DNA of 43,808 nt. It comes from Candidatus Jordarchaeia archaeon (GTDB lineage: Archaea; Asgardarchaeota; Jordiarchaeia; Jordiarchaeales; Jordiarchaeaceae). Within the stretch, counting starts at the first letter, position 1, and every line of letters starts with the position of its first letter. Below are positions 18,783 to 31,145 of the stretch, piece by piece. The DNA lies in contig JAHQXB010000170.1 in assembly GCA_029856435.1 (NCBI GenBank), positions 1 through 43,808 on the forward strand. Direction: 5' to 3'. The notes beneath the pieces were generated by a model that worked only from the letters and a program-made list of their open reading frames with translations, was not told the origin of the DNA and ran no database searches. The position numbers were made by a program, and so were the translations under genes.

Positions 18783-19148
18783 ATGGAAGAATATACCCGG
18801 CTCGCGGAGTTTTACGGCACAAAATTCAGTGAAAGATTCAAAGAAGTCTACAGCAGAGCTAAAGATCCCAAATTGAAAAGAAGATTAGAGGACTTCCACA
18901 AAGACTTTGAACATGGCATCAGAGTAAAATTCCCCACACTAATCTACATAATCAACTATCTGCTGGACCATAACAGTTGCGACAAATTTGAGATGCGAGA
19001 CTGGGTCGCAGGCAAAATGATAGAAGAAATAGATTTCGTAACAGAAACTTCACTCGGCCTGATCAAAAGCTACACCACCACCATAAACGCCCTCAAAAGG
19101 TACAAGATAATCAAAATTAGAGGAAAAGAGGTCAAACTCCTAGTCTAA
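18783..19148 (+). CDS. Hypothetical protein, possible winged-helix-like C-terminus
   Basis: Coherent 121-aa ORF from ATG 18783, downstream of an AT-rich promoter region. It ends in a helix-helix-beta pattern (TTINALKRYKIIKIRGKEVKL). Confidence 0.65.
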   Translation: MEEYTRLAEFYGTKFSERFKEVYSRAKDPKLKRRLEDFHKDFEHGIRVKFPTLIYIINYLLDHNSCDKFEMRDWVAGKMIEEIDFVTETSLGLIKSYTTTINALKRYKIIKIRGKEVKLLV

Positions 19149-19307
19149 TGCCCAAATCCCCACAAACATTCAGCAAAAACAAACCAAACTAGCAATCAAC
19201 ATCAAAGGAAAAAACGTTATTCGAATCAAAATGTATCAACAATCTCATGCATTGAAATTTTTGGGGGGAAGATCCAGAATTTAGAGGCGGTAAAATGGTG
19301 ACACCTT

Positions 19308-19793
<486 letters not shown>

Positions 19794-20080
19794 CTAATTT
19801 TATTTTGTAAACTCTGAGAGAGGACAAAGGAGAATCCATCTACCAGAGCTACAATAAACAAGAGGATAGACGTATATTTAAAATTATTCAAAAACGCAAC
19901 CACCACAGCAAAACAGTTTCATTCACCAATAGCAACCCCCCCTAAAATAGGAAAACACCAATTACTCCCAAAAAAAGTTAAACTAAAAGAAACATAAAAC
20001 CAAAAAAATACAAAAGCCCAAAAAAGCGGAAACCACAAGCATCATCAACAAGAATCAACCCAAAAAGCTTTAAAGTTTGT

Positions 20081-20695
20081 ATGGCTCAAAGTCAAAAAGA
20101 ATCCCTCAACACCACTAGAAAAAGCAAGGTGAAAAAATTGATGAATGAACTAGTTGCAAAACATGAATTCATGGGACTAGGAAAAAAACTGGAACTATGG
20201 GGCACACTCGTAGTATGCCTAGGAATCATAAGCATCTCTACAGGAATACTGGCCAGAATAATCTACAAACCCCTTTCCCCACCCTTCCCCGACTATCTAA
20301 GAGTATTCCTGATAATCGGCTTCACCCTAACCGCCCTAGGAATAACAATAACATACTACACACTAAAATGGATAAAAAGCAACTACGAAAAAACCGAAAA
20401 AGAACTCAAAAAAACCAAAGAAAACCAAAAAACAGAAGAACTCAAAAAAACATTCAACGAATACATAGAACACTACGGAAACCAACTACTAAAAGGCGCA
20501 ATATCCTTCGCCAGCACAGCAGCAATAACATTCACCTACGCCTGGATAGCAGTCCACAACCTATTCAGACAATACAGCGACTACGACGTATTCCTATCAC
20601 TAATAATCGTAACAGCCTGCCTAGCCACAACCGCAGTCCTAATAGCATACGGCCAATACTGGAGAAACAGAGCCCAAAAACAAAACATAACATAA
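20081..20695 (+). CDS. Hypothetical membrane protein (2+2 TM segments around a Lys/Glu-rich helix)
   Basis: 204 aa ORF with four hydrophobic segments; convergent with cdc48. Confidence 0.75.
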   Translation: MAQSQKESLNTTRKSKVKKLMNELVAKHEFMGLGKKLELWGTLVVCLGIISISTGILARIIYKPLSPPFPDYLRVFLIIGFTLTALGITITYYTLKWIKSNYEKTEKELKKTKENQKTEELKKTFNEYIEHYGNQLLKGAISFASTAAITFTYAWIAVHNLFRQYSDYDVFLSLIIVTACLATTAVLIAYGQYWRNRAQKQNIT

Positions 20696-20789
20696 AAAGA
20701 AAAAAACAAACTCACTTCCCACTCCCGAACCTAGTATTTAAAAAAGAAAAGTAGGCCAAAAAAAGGAATAAAAAAGAAGGAATCCACCC

Positions 20790-23036
<2,247 letters not shown>

Positions 23037-23060
23037 TTATAAATCCTCCTCGTGTTATCT

Positions 23061-23471
23061 TTATTCTTTATTTGTTTCTTTGATTGTGGTTTGCAGGCGT
23101 TTTAGAAGTCCGAATTCTTCATCTATGAAAGTTAGTAGGTTGGATATGGATTGTGTGAAGTGTATTAGCATTTCTTGGAATAGTTTGTCACCTTGGTTGG
23201 TTAGGAAGTATATGTGTCTTTCGGGTCCTCGTTCTCCTTGGGGGTGGTGGGATTCGCTTTTTATCCATCCTTCTTCTTGTAGGCGTTTTAGGAGGGGGTA
23301 TATTGTTCCTGGTTTGAGTTCTATTTTTCCGTCGCTTATTTGGTATGTTCTTTTTGAGATTTCTGCTCCATGCATTGATTCGGTTTTTATTAGTGCTAGT
23401 ACAATTAGCTCTAGTATTCCTCGGTTCATTTCTCGTATCCAGCATTGTAGTTTTCTTTGGAATTCGTCCAT
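23061..23471 (-). CDS. PadR-family transcriptional regulator
   Basis: RGILELIVL.L....MHG.EI, GTIYPLL.RL..EGWI and R.IY.LT..G motifs; it ends 27 bp upstream of cdc48 on the same strand. Confidence 0.92.
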   Translation of the reverse strand: MDEFQRKLQCWIREMNRGILELIVLALIKTESMHGAEISKRTYQISDGKIELKPGTIYPLLKRLQEEGWIKSESHHPQGERGPERHIYFLTNQGDKLFQEMLIHFTQSISNLLTFIDEEFGLLKRLQTTIKETNKE

Positions 23472-23521
23472 TTTTTTGAGCCTGCCTTAATTTTTGTTCG
23501 GATTTAGGTTATCAGCTATTG

Positions 23522-23566
23522 AATATATTGCATGACAATATATTGAGTGACTATATATAAGTTTTG
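23522..23566 (-). promoter_or_regulatory. padR-cdc48 promoter with a palindromic operator
   Basis: On the minus strand, CAAAAC-TTATATA (BRE/TATA-like, about 23554-23566) is followed by the perfect inverted repeat AATATATTG-CATGA-CAATATATT (23522-23544) over the expected start site. Confidence 0.55.
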
Positions 23567-23592
23567 TGGATGAAACGTAGGCTTCGGGGGGT

Positions 23593-23701
23593 GGAGATGT
23601 AGAATTGCTCGATTTTGTCCCCGAAAGGGGGCTCGTATAGAGGCTTCTTTTTCGATTCGGAGCCTTAAAAAAGGGTTAGAATTGGACTTTTTTACATCAC
23701 T
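23593..23701. repeat. Diverged copy of the 107-109-bp structured repeat
   Basis: GGAGATGTAGAATTG start, GTCCCC-GAAA-GGGGGC hairpin, AGGCTTC..GGAGCCT hairpin and TTTACATCAC end are collinear with the copies at 29331 and 36205. Confidence 0.7.
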
Positions 23702-23829
23702 TTGGAGTAGACAAAAATTATATCAATCTTTTTGGCGGTTTAGTTAAATAGAGAGGACCACAATGGGACATGTTAATTTTAGGGTTTGGTTAGTGTTTGA
23801 GGCTGAGAAAGCATGCTTCTGGTGGTTTG

Positions 23830-24786
23830 ATGAGTGAGGTTAAGAATTTGGAGAATGCCATTAGGGATGCTGAGAGGAACTATTCTGTGGGTAGAATTTT
23901 GGATGCTGCTAATGATTTTAAAACGATTAGTATTATTTTTGGAGGAATGAAGAATTATGCTTCTGCGGCTGAGTTTGCAGTTAAGTCTGGTGATTGTTGG
24001 GTTAAGTGTGGCAACCATTTGCAGGCGGCGATTCTTTACGAGAACGCCGCTCAGTATTTTGAACTTTTGGGGGAGGAGGAAAAATATAAGTTGTATTATA
24101 GGAAGGCTCTAGTTCAGTGTCTCTCTGCAGATAGGAGGGAGAAAACAATTGAGAAGGTTACTCGGGCTCGAAATTTGAGGAGGGCCGCGTTTTGCCAGAG
24201 CAAAATTGATGGGGGTGTTGCTGTTGCTCAGTATTATAGTAGGGCGGGGGAGCTTTTCTCATTAGCTGCCAAGGAGGAAGAGGGGAAGAATGCTTTTGAT
24301 GAAGGTTATAATCTTTTCAAATCGGCGGCTGAGTGTTATCTTCAAATTAAAGATTACCCGTTAGTGGTTCGTAGTTTGATAGAGGCTTTAACCTGCCTGA
24401 ACAAGGTGGTTGACAATTACTTTTCTTCTTATGAGGGAGAAGAACTTAGTGAAATTGTAAAGAGAGAATTAAAGGAGTTTAATGCTACTGCTGAGGCTCT
24501 ATTAAAGAATTTGGAGTTAGTTGATAAGTTGGATAGGGAGGTTTTGGAGAGGTTAGTGCAACTGCTGGTTACGTGGTTGAGGAGGTGTGTCATGTTGGGG
24601 GGTGAAGTTGAAATTAACACGCGATTGTTGGAAGAAGTCGGAAGAGTGATACGAGAAAAGGCAGGGAGTGTCGGTGTGTTAAAAATCTTGGAGGAACTTG
24701 TTTCAAACTGCAATTTTGAAAACATTCAGGTAAGGGGAGAATTTCTTAGGGCAATAGAACTTTTGAGAAGCTCCTTTTTGAAATGA
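23830..24786 (+). CDS. SNAP/TPR-like alpha-helical repeat protein
   Basis: Repeated A..Y/F..AA helical hairpins (MKNYASAAEF..SGDCW...GNHLQAAILYENAAQYF; FKSAAECYLQIKDY) resemble alpha-SNAP repeats. ATG 23830 follows a GGTGG RBS-like element. Confidence 0.7.
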   Translation: MSEVKNLENAIRDAERNYSVGRILDAANDFKTISIIFGGMKNYASAAEFAVKSGDCWVKCGNHLQAAILYENAAQYFELLGEEEKYKLYYRKALVQCLSADRREKTIEKVTRARNLRRAAFCQSKIDGGVAVAQYYSRAGELFSLAAKEEEGKNAFDEGYNLFKSAAECYLQIKDYPLVVRSLIEALTCLNKVVDNYFSSYEGEELSEIVKRELKEFNATAEALLKNLELVDKLDREVLERLVQLLVTWLRRCVMLGGEVEINTRLLEEVGRVIREKAGSVGVLKILEELVSNCNFENIQVRGEFLRAIELLRSSFLK

Positions 24787-24972
24787 GGATTTGTAATGTT
24801 TTACTGAATTTCTGGCATTAATTAATTTTGGAATGCGGGCAGTTTGTATCGACGTTTTTTCGAGCTGTTTTTAATTCTTAATTGGGGGCGATAGTCTTTA
24901 AAAATGTGGGGATAGATGTATTAGTGGTGACTGTTTTAATCTAGGGATGCATCTTAATTTTTGTGAGGAATA

Positions 24973-25677
24973 GTGATGCCTCGAGAGGTGAAACAAGAAC
25001 CAATTTCAATCGCTGAGGCTGCGAGGCTAATTGTGGGTAGTAGGCCTTCCATAGTTGACGGGTTGAGGCAGGGTGTGATTAATTTTTCGGCTCTTGCAGA
25101 GATGATTAAGGAGCAGGTGATGGAGATTGTTGGTAAGCAGTCGGTGAATGTGGATTCCATTAAGATGGCTTTAATGCGTTATGCGGAGGAGTTGAAGTCG
25201 AAAAAGAAACTTTTAGAGGAGCAAATAACAGAGGTCATAGCTAAGAGTATTTTGGAACTTAAAAATGATGTCGCGGTTTTGACAGTCGACCAGAAGAACT
25301 TCATTGTTCGTTTTGACCAAATTTTTAAGTCTCTCAACTCTTTTCGTTTCCTCCAGTTGACTCAGGGAAATGAAACCTTCACTGTTGTAACTGATTTGCA
25401 GAGCAAAGAAAAAATTGTAGAGGTTGTTGGTCAAAAAAGTATAATTCTGGAGATTGAGGACCAGTCTGTAATTGTGATTATAAGTCCCCACCAAATTATT
25501 GAGGTTCCGGGTGTCATTGCGTATATTACGGATCTGCTATCAACTAATGGTGTGAATATTACCCAGATTATTTCGTGTTACACGGATACTTTGTTAATAG
25601 TAGATAGGAAGGATGCCTTGAGGGCGTATCAAATACTTGAAAACAAGATACTTTCTCTGCGTAAAATGTTAAAATAG
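24973..25677 (+). CDS. ACT-domain-containing protein (aspartokinase regulatory-like)
   Basis: C-terminal ACT motif PGVIAYITDLL..NGVNITQIISCYTDT; N-terminal INFSALA helical segment seen in archaeal ACT-only proteins. Confidence 0.85.
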   Translation: MMPREVKQEPISIAEAARLIVGSRPSIVDGLRQGVINFSALAEMIKEQVMEIVGKQSVNVDSIKMALMRYAEELKSKKKLLEEQITEVIAKSILELKNDVAVLTVDQKNFIVRFDQIFKSLNSFRFLQLTQGNETFTVVTDLQSKEKIVEVVGQKSIILEIEDQSVIVIISPHQIIEVPGVIAYITDLLSTNGVNITQIISCYTDTLLIVDRKDALRAYQILENKILSLRKMLK

Positions 25678-25821
25678 GAGTTTTATGTTTGAAAGCAAAT
25701 TTGAAATAGAATTAGAAAGTGGCGACTTTTATTTAAGATGTTTATTATGGCTATGGAAAAATTTTATACAATTTGTTTAAAGAGCGAAATTTATATGAGT
25801 TTATTTTGATTAACTTCCATA

Positions 25822-26064
25822 GTTTACCATGGAGAACTTGGTTTTCATAATTTCCCATAAAAAACTTTTTTTATGCTTTGTCTAAGACGCATAAGTATAC
25901 GGGGTTTGCTATGAAAAATCTTTAGGTTTTCATCCTTTATCTAAAACGCGAAGCGCATGGAGGTTTGAAAACATATTTTCATACTTTATCCTGAACCGCG
26001 AAGCGCATGGAGGTTTACCATGAGAATATGTTTTCATTTGTCTGTAACTCGTGAGCGTATGATT
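25822..26064. repeat. Degenerate ~50-58-bp tandem repeat array between convergent genes
   Basis: The identical 20-mer CGCGAAGCGCATGGAGGTTT occurs at 25947 and 25997. A recurring ATGA(A/G)AA...TTTTCAT hairpin ends at 25848, 25933, 25982 and 26037. Confidence 0.75.
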
Positions 26065-26125
26065 GTCTGTCTATATATGTGTGTGGAGTTTAGGTGGGTT
26101 TTGAGTGTTGTTTGATTTTTTGGAG

Positions 26126-27388
26126 TTATTGTTTGGCGCCGCACTTGGGGCATATTCTTGTCCATTCTGGAATTTCTGATCCGCAGACCCCGCAACGTTT
26201 GTAGCCTTCTCTGGTTTGGGCTGAGATGTCAGCTTCCGAAGTTGTGAAAAACTGAGTTGCCTTTTCTGTCGCATAGGTGGGAGTCTTATAACTTGGGACT
26301 GAAAGCATTGTTAGCGCCTCGTCCGGGGCTTGGATATATTCGTCTCCCTGGATATAGCCGGCGATTTTTCCTTGATTTATTAGATTAGAAAGAACTGCTC
26401 TTAGCTCCTCATCTGATTTTCTCACTCTCCAGGCTATATCGCTTATCTTTATTCTACCATAGATATTTTTACCACCGACTCGAGTTGCGGGAGGAGGGGT
26501 GAGGGGCGCGGGCTCTTTCTTTATTGTAGCTGGCTGGAGTTCCAATGGTGCTGGCTTGGGTGCAACTGCAGGTACGGGCGTTGATAATGGTACTTTTTGT
26601 GGGGGTGGTGGGGTTATTGGGGGAGTTAATGGTTTTAGAGGTGTGGAGGGGGGGATCAATGGTTTGGTGGTTGGAGTGAGGGCTGAGGGTGTGTGCGTCT
26701 CTACTTCGGTTTCCTCTATGAATACTGGTTCTTTTTCGGGTTGAGTCATTGGTGGTGGTTCTAATGGTTGGGAAACTAATTCCCACTCTTCCTCTGGTTC
26801 TGTACCTGTTATTCTCGGCGCGGGGGTTACCTCCTTCTCTATTGGGGGCTTCTGTTCCTCTTCTGTCCATTGAGGCGTAAATTTTTCTTCTGGTGGGGCT
26901 TCGCTGGTGGGAGGTGTTGCTTGTGCGGTTTCTTGAGCTATTTCTTCAAATACATCTAGTGGTGGTGCTTCTTCCTTAGTTTGGGTCATTTCTAGGAATG
27001 TGTCTAGAGTTTCTTCCTCCTTTTCTTGGGGTATTGATTCTTGGTAACTGCTTAGTATTTGTTCTACAAGTTGGACTTCGTCGTCGGTATATTTGTTTTT
27101 TATTTTGTTCCAGTATTCGGTAGCTTTACCGAGATTGCCGGAGCATAGCTCTTTGAGTGAGGAGGCGAAAAGGTAATGGTGATCTTGTATTTTGCCTTTT
27201 TTGCATGATTCTAGGGACTTGGCTGAAAAATTTTTGGCTGAGTCAGTATCTTTTATGGATAAACTGTAGAAACCAGCTAAAGTGAAGAAGTCTGATGCAA
27301 TGTCATAAGCTTCTTCTTCTAGAAGTAGGTTTGCGGTTTCTGAGTAGTAATCGATTTTTCTGTTTATATCGCTTTCTTTATTCGCCAA
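26126..27388 (-). CDS. Multidomain protein: helical TPR/SNAP-like module, Pro/Glu/Thr-rich linker, PCI-like winged helix and C-terminal Zn ribbon
   Basis: YGRIKISDIA.RV..S.EEL...L..LI.QGKIAGYI matches the PCI winged-helix pattern; CGVC..CPKC occurs at the C-terminus; a low-complexity linker of about 200 aa separates them from the helical module. Confidence 0.75.
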   Translation of the reverse strand: MANKESDINRKIDYYSETANLLLEEEAYDIASDFFTLAGFYSLSIKDTDSAKNFSAKSLESCKKGKIQDHHYLFASSLKELCSGNLGKATEYWNKIKNKYTDDEVQLVEQILSSYQESIPQEKEEETLDTFLEMTQTKEEAPPLDVFEEIAQETAQATPPTSEAPPEEKFTPQWTEEEQKPPIEKEVTPAPRITGTEPEEEWELVSQPLEPPPMTQPEKEPVFIEETEVETHTPSALTPTTKPLIPPSTPLKPLTPPITPPPPQKVPLSTPVPAVAPKPAPLELQPATIKKEPAPLTPPPATRVGGKNIYGRIKISDIAWRVRKSDEELRAVLSNLINQGKIAGYIQGDEYIQAPDEALTMLSVPSYKTPTYATEKATQFFTTSEADISAQTREGYKRCGVCGSEIPEWTRICPKCGAKQ

Positions 27389-27462
27389 GGTTTACCACCA
27401 TATTTACTTTCCTCAATAAATTCTTTACCTACAGTATTTATTAATCTTCGCAGAGAGGGTGT

Positions 27463-28221
27463 TCACCTTAAATTTTCGAGGCATTGGTTCACAATTTTAA
27501 TTTCAGATTCGCTGAGGTTGTCCTTAATTCTGTTAAATAACTGCGTAGACTTTGAATGGTCTCTACTGCAAATGGCTTTACTTAAAGCGGCCACGTCATA
27601 GTTTTCGTCTTTAATATTATTCTTACTGCATAGTTCAAGTGCTCTATCTGCTTTTTTAACTGCGTCATCAAAGTTTGATATTGCAAAGCTGCACATGGCG
27701 GCCCAGCTCAGATTTGCTGCGGCGTAACCGTAATCTTTTTCTTCTAGCAATATTTCGGCGTACTCTGAGTAGTTTTGGGCTGCCAACTCAAAACAGTTTT
27801 TGAACGAGTCGTAATGTGAAAGAGCTTTGTAGGCTATAGCTGAATCACTGTAGAGGAGGGCTGCAGATACAAGATTTCCAGCCATACTCATTTTCTCGCC
27901 TTGGTCAAAGTAGGTGGCAGCAGCTTCCTGCATGAGTTTTTCGAATTCAACCCTTTTTCCAAGGTTCTGGTAGCATAGAGCCATTTTTTCAGAATCCATC
28001 GCTGCGGAAACAGGGTAGTTTATCTTTTTATGGTGCTTATAAGCTTCGGTGTAACAATTAAGGGCTTTTTCATAATTTTTAAGTTTAAAATAGCAGTCTC
28101 CTGCTTCTCTCAGTTTATCTGCGGCTTTTTCAATATATTCTTGACCTGCAACGGTACCTGTAGCTTGAGACTCATAACTTCTTGCTTTGCTAAGCAAAGC
28201 TTCGCAATCCTTTTCACTCAA
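27463..28221 (-). CDS. alpha-SNAP-like helical repeat protein
   Basis: EALLSKA..IEKAA....AGD.....KNY..A......A..HH......SAA parallels the N-terminal repeats of eukaryotic alpha-SNAP (by-eye comparison). Confidence 0.7.
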   Translation of the reverse strand: MSEKDCEALLSKARSYESQATGTVAGQEYIEKAADKLREAGDCYFKLKNYEKALNCYTEAYKHHKKINYPVSAAMDSEKMALCYQNLGKRVEFEKLMQEAAATYFDQGEKMSMAGNLVSAALLYSDSAIAYKALSHYDSFKNCFELAAQNYSEYAEILLEEKDYGYAAANLSWAAMCSFAISNFDDAVKKADRALELCSKNNIKDENYDVAALSKAICSRDHSKSTQLFNRIKDNLSESEIKIVNQCLENLR

Positions 28222-28473
28222 AGCTTTCCCACCAAAAAGCTTTAAATTTACTAGGTTTAGCAGACTTATATTTTTTGAGGGAGTAAATAATTTGCGAATT
28301 TTAGTTTTCTGTTTGTTTTTACAGTTTTAATTTGTTTTTCCACTTTCCTTATTTTTCCTTTTCACTTATCCTTTCTGTTTTGATTTTAGTAATGAGGGGG
28401 AAGAAAAAACAATTCAATTATCACATTTTTGACTTATTTTTTTCTACTCATAGGGTAATATAAAAGGTTACTG

Positions 28474-29166
28474 TTAAAGTTTTATGTGTTTTTCATTTTT
28501 CTGGCTTTTGGCGATGTTGAAGCAGTTTTCAACAATGCGTACGTATTCAAAATATTCAGTTTCGCCTAGGTAGTCATTGGACAGCTTTTCTTGGAACTTT
28601 ACCCAGTGAGCCTGAGCCTTCCCTAATTTTCCGTTAATTAGGGCTCCACAAGTTTTTGCTAATTCTCGCCTCCAAATTCTAATTCTTTTTGTTTGGGCTA
28701 AATCCAAACTTTTTAGGGCGAGATTTTTAGCTAATTCTTTGTCGCCAAGGAGGAAACTGCAAAAAGAGGCCCAACTATATTCAGAGATGGCAGTTTCGAT
28801 TAAAGAAGTAGATTTTCTTCCTACATCTTGCCATTTGGCCATATTTTCTTCAGCTGCATCTATATGCATTTTTGCGGATTGTGACAAATTTTCCACGAAT
28901 TTGTTATTATTGCCGACTCCACGATAATAGGAAGCGAAGCCACTGTAAACTAGGGCCATATACTCTTTTTTGTCCAAGTGCTCATTTGCGACTTCCATAG
29001 CTTTATTATAACAATCAAGAGAATTTAGCAAGTCGCTGGACTCCCTGAAAAAACACCCTGCTCGAATATATCTCAGGAAGGCTCCAACAAAATCACCGCA
29101 CTTTGCGTGCTCTCTAGCATCATTCAAATATTCCAAAGCGGTCTTTTCAGCAATCATTGAAAGCAC
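28474..29166 (-). CDS. SNAP/TPR-like helical repeat protein, paralogue of the two neighbouring genes
   Basis: TPR-like CYNKAMEVA and YYRGVGN segments; the C-terminal SWASFCSF..D...A...A.KSL..G.LGKA..HW module is shared with its neighbours. Confidence 0.7.
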   Translation of the reverse strand: MLSMIAEKTALEYLNDAREHAKCGDFVGAFLRYIRAGCFFRESSDLLNSLDCYNKAMEVANEHLDKKEYMALVYSGFASYYRGVGNNNKFVENLSQSAKMHIDAAEENMAKWQDVGRKSTSLIETAISEYSWASFCSFLLGDKELAKNLALKSLDLAQTKRIRIWRRELAKTCGALINGKLGKAQAHWVKFQEKLSNDYLGETEYFEYVRIVENCFNIAKSQKNEKHIKL

Positions 29167-29330
29167 CTTCTTTTGGATGTACTAACGAGTCCAAAATTAA
29201 AATTTACCATTCCTCCAGAAATAAGACGCGCTAAACAAGAATTAGAGAGGCCGAAAAACGCCTCTACGAAAGTTGACAAGAGAAGATTCCAGCGATTCGA
29301 AATTTAAAGGTAACGTTAAGACTAACTAGC

Positions 29331-29437
29331 GGTGATGTAGAATTGTTCGGTTTCGCCTCAAAAAGGGGTGTTTATAGGGCTTCTTTCATGATTTGGAGCC
29401 TTACTAGGGAGATGGAACCGAATAAATCTGCATCACC
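29331..29437. mobile_element. 107-bp structured repeat / MITE-like element
   Basis: Terminal inverted repeat GGTGATGTAGA/TCTGCATCACC; flanked by AGACTAACTAGC (29319-29330) and AGACTAATTAGC (29438-29449); near-identical copy at 36205. Confidence 0.8.
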
Positions 29438-29853
29438 AGACTAATTAGCTTACCGTCGCAAATTATATTGTACAAGTTTTAGGCTGGCTCAGCTGAACAC
29501 GCCTAGAATGCTTGGGGAGGATATCTAAAAAAGAAACAGTTTATAGAGCGTAAAACTTGTAGGAATATTATCCTATTGAACCTCAAATGGGTAAATGTTT
29601 GCGTAAACGATATCTGGGCGAAGTATTCTAAATGAAACAAGTTGTGACAGCCGAAGAACAAGTTGCAGCACTTTCAGCATGAATTTGTGAGATAGTGAAT
29701 TCTGCCAATCAGTTGACCGGCACATTTTAGAATTATGATTTGTGTCTTTTAGAACTTTTTCCAAGGTAATTTGTTTCGAGTATTACGTTAAATTGAAATT
29801 ATACGGGGATTACTTTTTTCCGTTCACTTTCTTTTCTCACTGGAGGTTAGAGC

Positions 29854-31125
29854 TTGTTAAAAGAAAAAGTTGCTAGTTTTACAGCACGCCCCGACGAGGT
29901 TGATTTGTGTGTATTACTATACTCTGGAGGGCTAGACACTTCCTGTATGCTTGTGTGGCTACAAGAAAAGTATAATACAGACGTTATTACAGTAACTCTT
30001 AACGTGGGGCAGGCAAAAGATTTCAGGGAAATAGAGGAAAAGGCCAAAATGCTCGGCGTCAAAAAGCATTATACCATAGACGCTAGAGAGGAATTTGTAA
30101 ATGAGTACATAATGAAAGCCATTAAGGCTAATGCACTTTACCAGGACGCCTACCCCATAAGTTCATCGCTATCACGACCATTAATTGCAAAATGGGGAGT
30201 GGAAATCGCCAAGAAAGAAGGCGCTGATGCAATTAGTCACGGTTGTACAGGCAAGGGAAATGATCAAGTGCGTTTTTCTGTTACGATTAACACTCTTGCA
30301 CCAGAGATGAAAATTATTGCGCCAGTGGTTGAGTGGGGAATGAGTCGTGACGACGAAATTATATATGCCCAAGAGCATGGAATCCCCATCCCCGTTACAG
30401 TAAATTCGCCATATAGTATAGATGAGAACTTGTGGGGTAGAAGTATAGAATGTGGAGTTTTAGAACACCCAGAAGTTGAGCCTCCACCGGATGTCTTCCT
30501 TTGGACAACCCCACCTGAAAAGGCTCCTAATGAACCCTGCTACGTTGAAATTGGCTTTGAAGAGGGCGTCCCAGTTTCTGTTGACGGCGTGCGAATGAAT
30601 GGTGTTGATTTAATTATGAAGCTCCACGAGCTGGGGTGCATACACGGCGTTGGAAGAATTGACCACATGGAAGATAGAATTGTGGGGTTAAAGTCTAGAG
30701 AAGTATACGAGTGTCCAGCAGCAACGATTCTCCTGAAGGCGCACAAGGATCTTGAGAAATTTGTCTGTACTAGGCATGAAAACGCCTTCAAGAAGCTTGT
30801 GGATGAGCAGTGGACAAGCTTAGTTTATAGCGGTCTCTGGGTCGAACCTCTAATGGAGGACTTGGAAGCATTCATAAATAATGTGAATAGGAAGGTTACG
30901 GGCACAGTACGGCTCAAGCTCTTTAAAGGAAACGTTAGTGTTGTAGGCCGCAGTTCCAACTACGCCCTCTATGATGAGAATCTCGCAACCTACGATAGAA
31001 AGTCTACTTTCAACCAGTTGGCTTCACTGGGCTTCATCGAGTTGTGGGGGCTACAGTCCAGAATGGCTCAGGTAGTTAAGCCGAAAAGCGGGGGAATACA
31101 AAGCAAAACCGTTAAATACATGTGA
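29854..31125 (+). CDS. argG: Argininosuccinate synthase
   Basis: LYSGGLDTS, HGCTGKGNDQVRF, SIDENLWGRSIECG and KSREVYE motifs. Confidence 0.97.
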   Translation: MLKEKVASFTARPDEVDLCVLLYSGGLDTSCMLVWLQEKYNTDVITVTLNVGQAKDFREIEEKAKMLGVKKHYTIDAREEFVNEYIMKAIKANALYQDAYPISSSLSRPLIAKWGVEIAKKEGADAISHGCTGKGNDQVRFSVTINTLAPEMKIIAPVVEWGMSRDDEIIYAQEHGIPIPVTVNSPYSIDENLWGRSIECGVLEHPEVEPPPDVFLWTTPPEKAPNEPCYVEIGFEEGVPVSVDGVRMNGVDLIMKLHELGCIHGVGRIDHMEDRIVGLKSREVYECPAATILLKAHKDLEKFVCTRHENAFKKLVDEQWTSLVYSGLWVEPLMEDLEAFINNVNRKVTGTVRLKLFKGNVSVVGRSSNYALYDENLATYDRKSTFNQLASLGFIELWGLQSRMAQVVKPKSGGIQSKTVKYM

Positions 31126-31145
31126 ATGTGAGAGAAGGAAATCCG

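Noticed and set aside
20081-20695. Membrane protein beside cdc48 as a SNARE-like substrate
   Set aside because: The topology is 2+2 TM with a short central charged helix, not a 60-70-aa heptad motif followed by a single C-terminal anchor.
25822-26064. Possible CRISPR array
   Set aside because: The units are degenerate tandem copies without unique spacers, and no cas genes or leader are present.
29573-29764. 63-aa ORF with RILRPDIVYAN, reminiscent of a GT4 glycosyltransferase fragment
   Set aside because: One short motif is insufficient; it may be a pseudogene remnant but cannot be supported.
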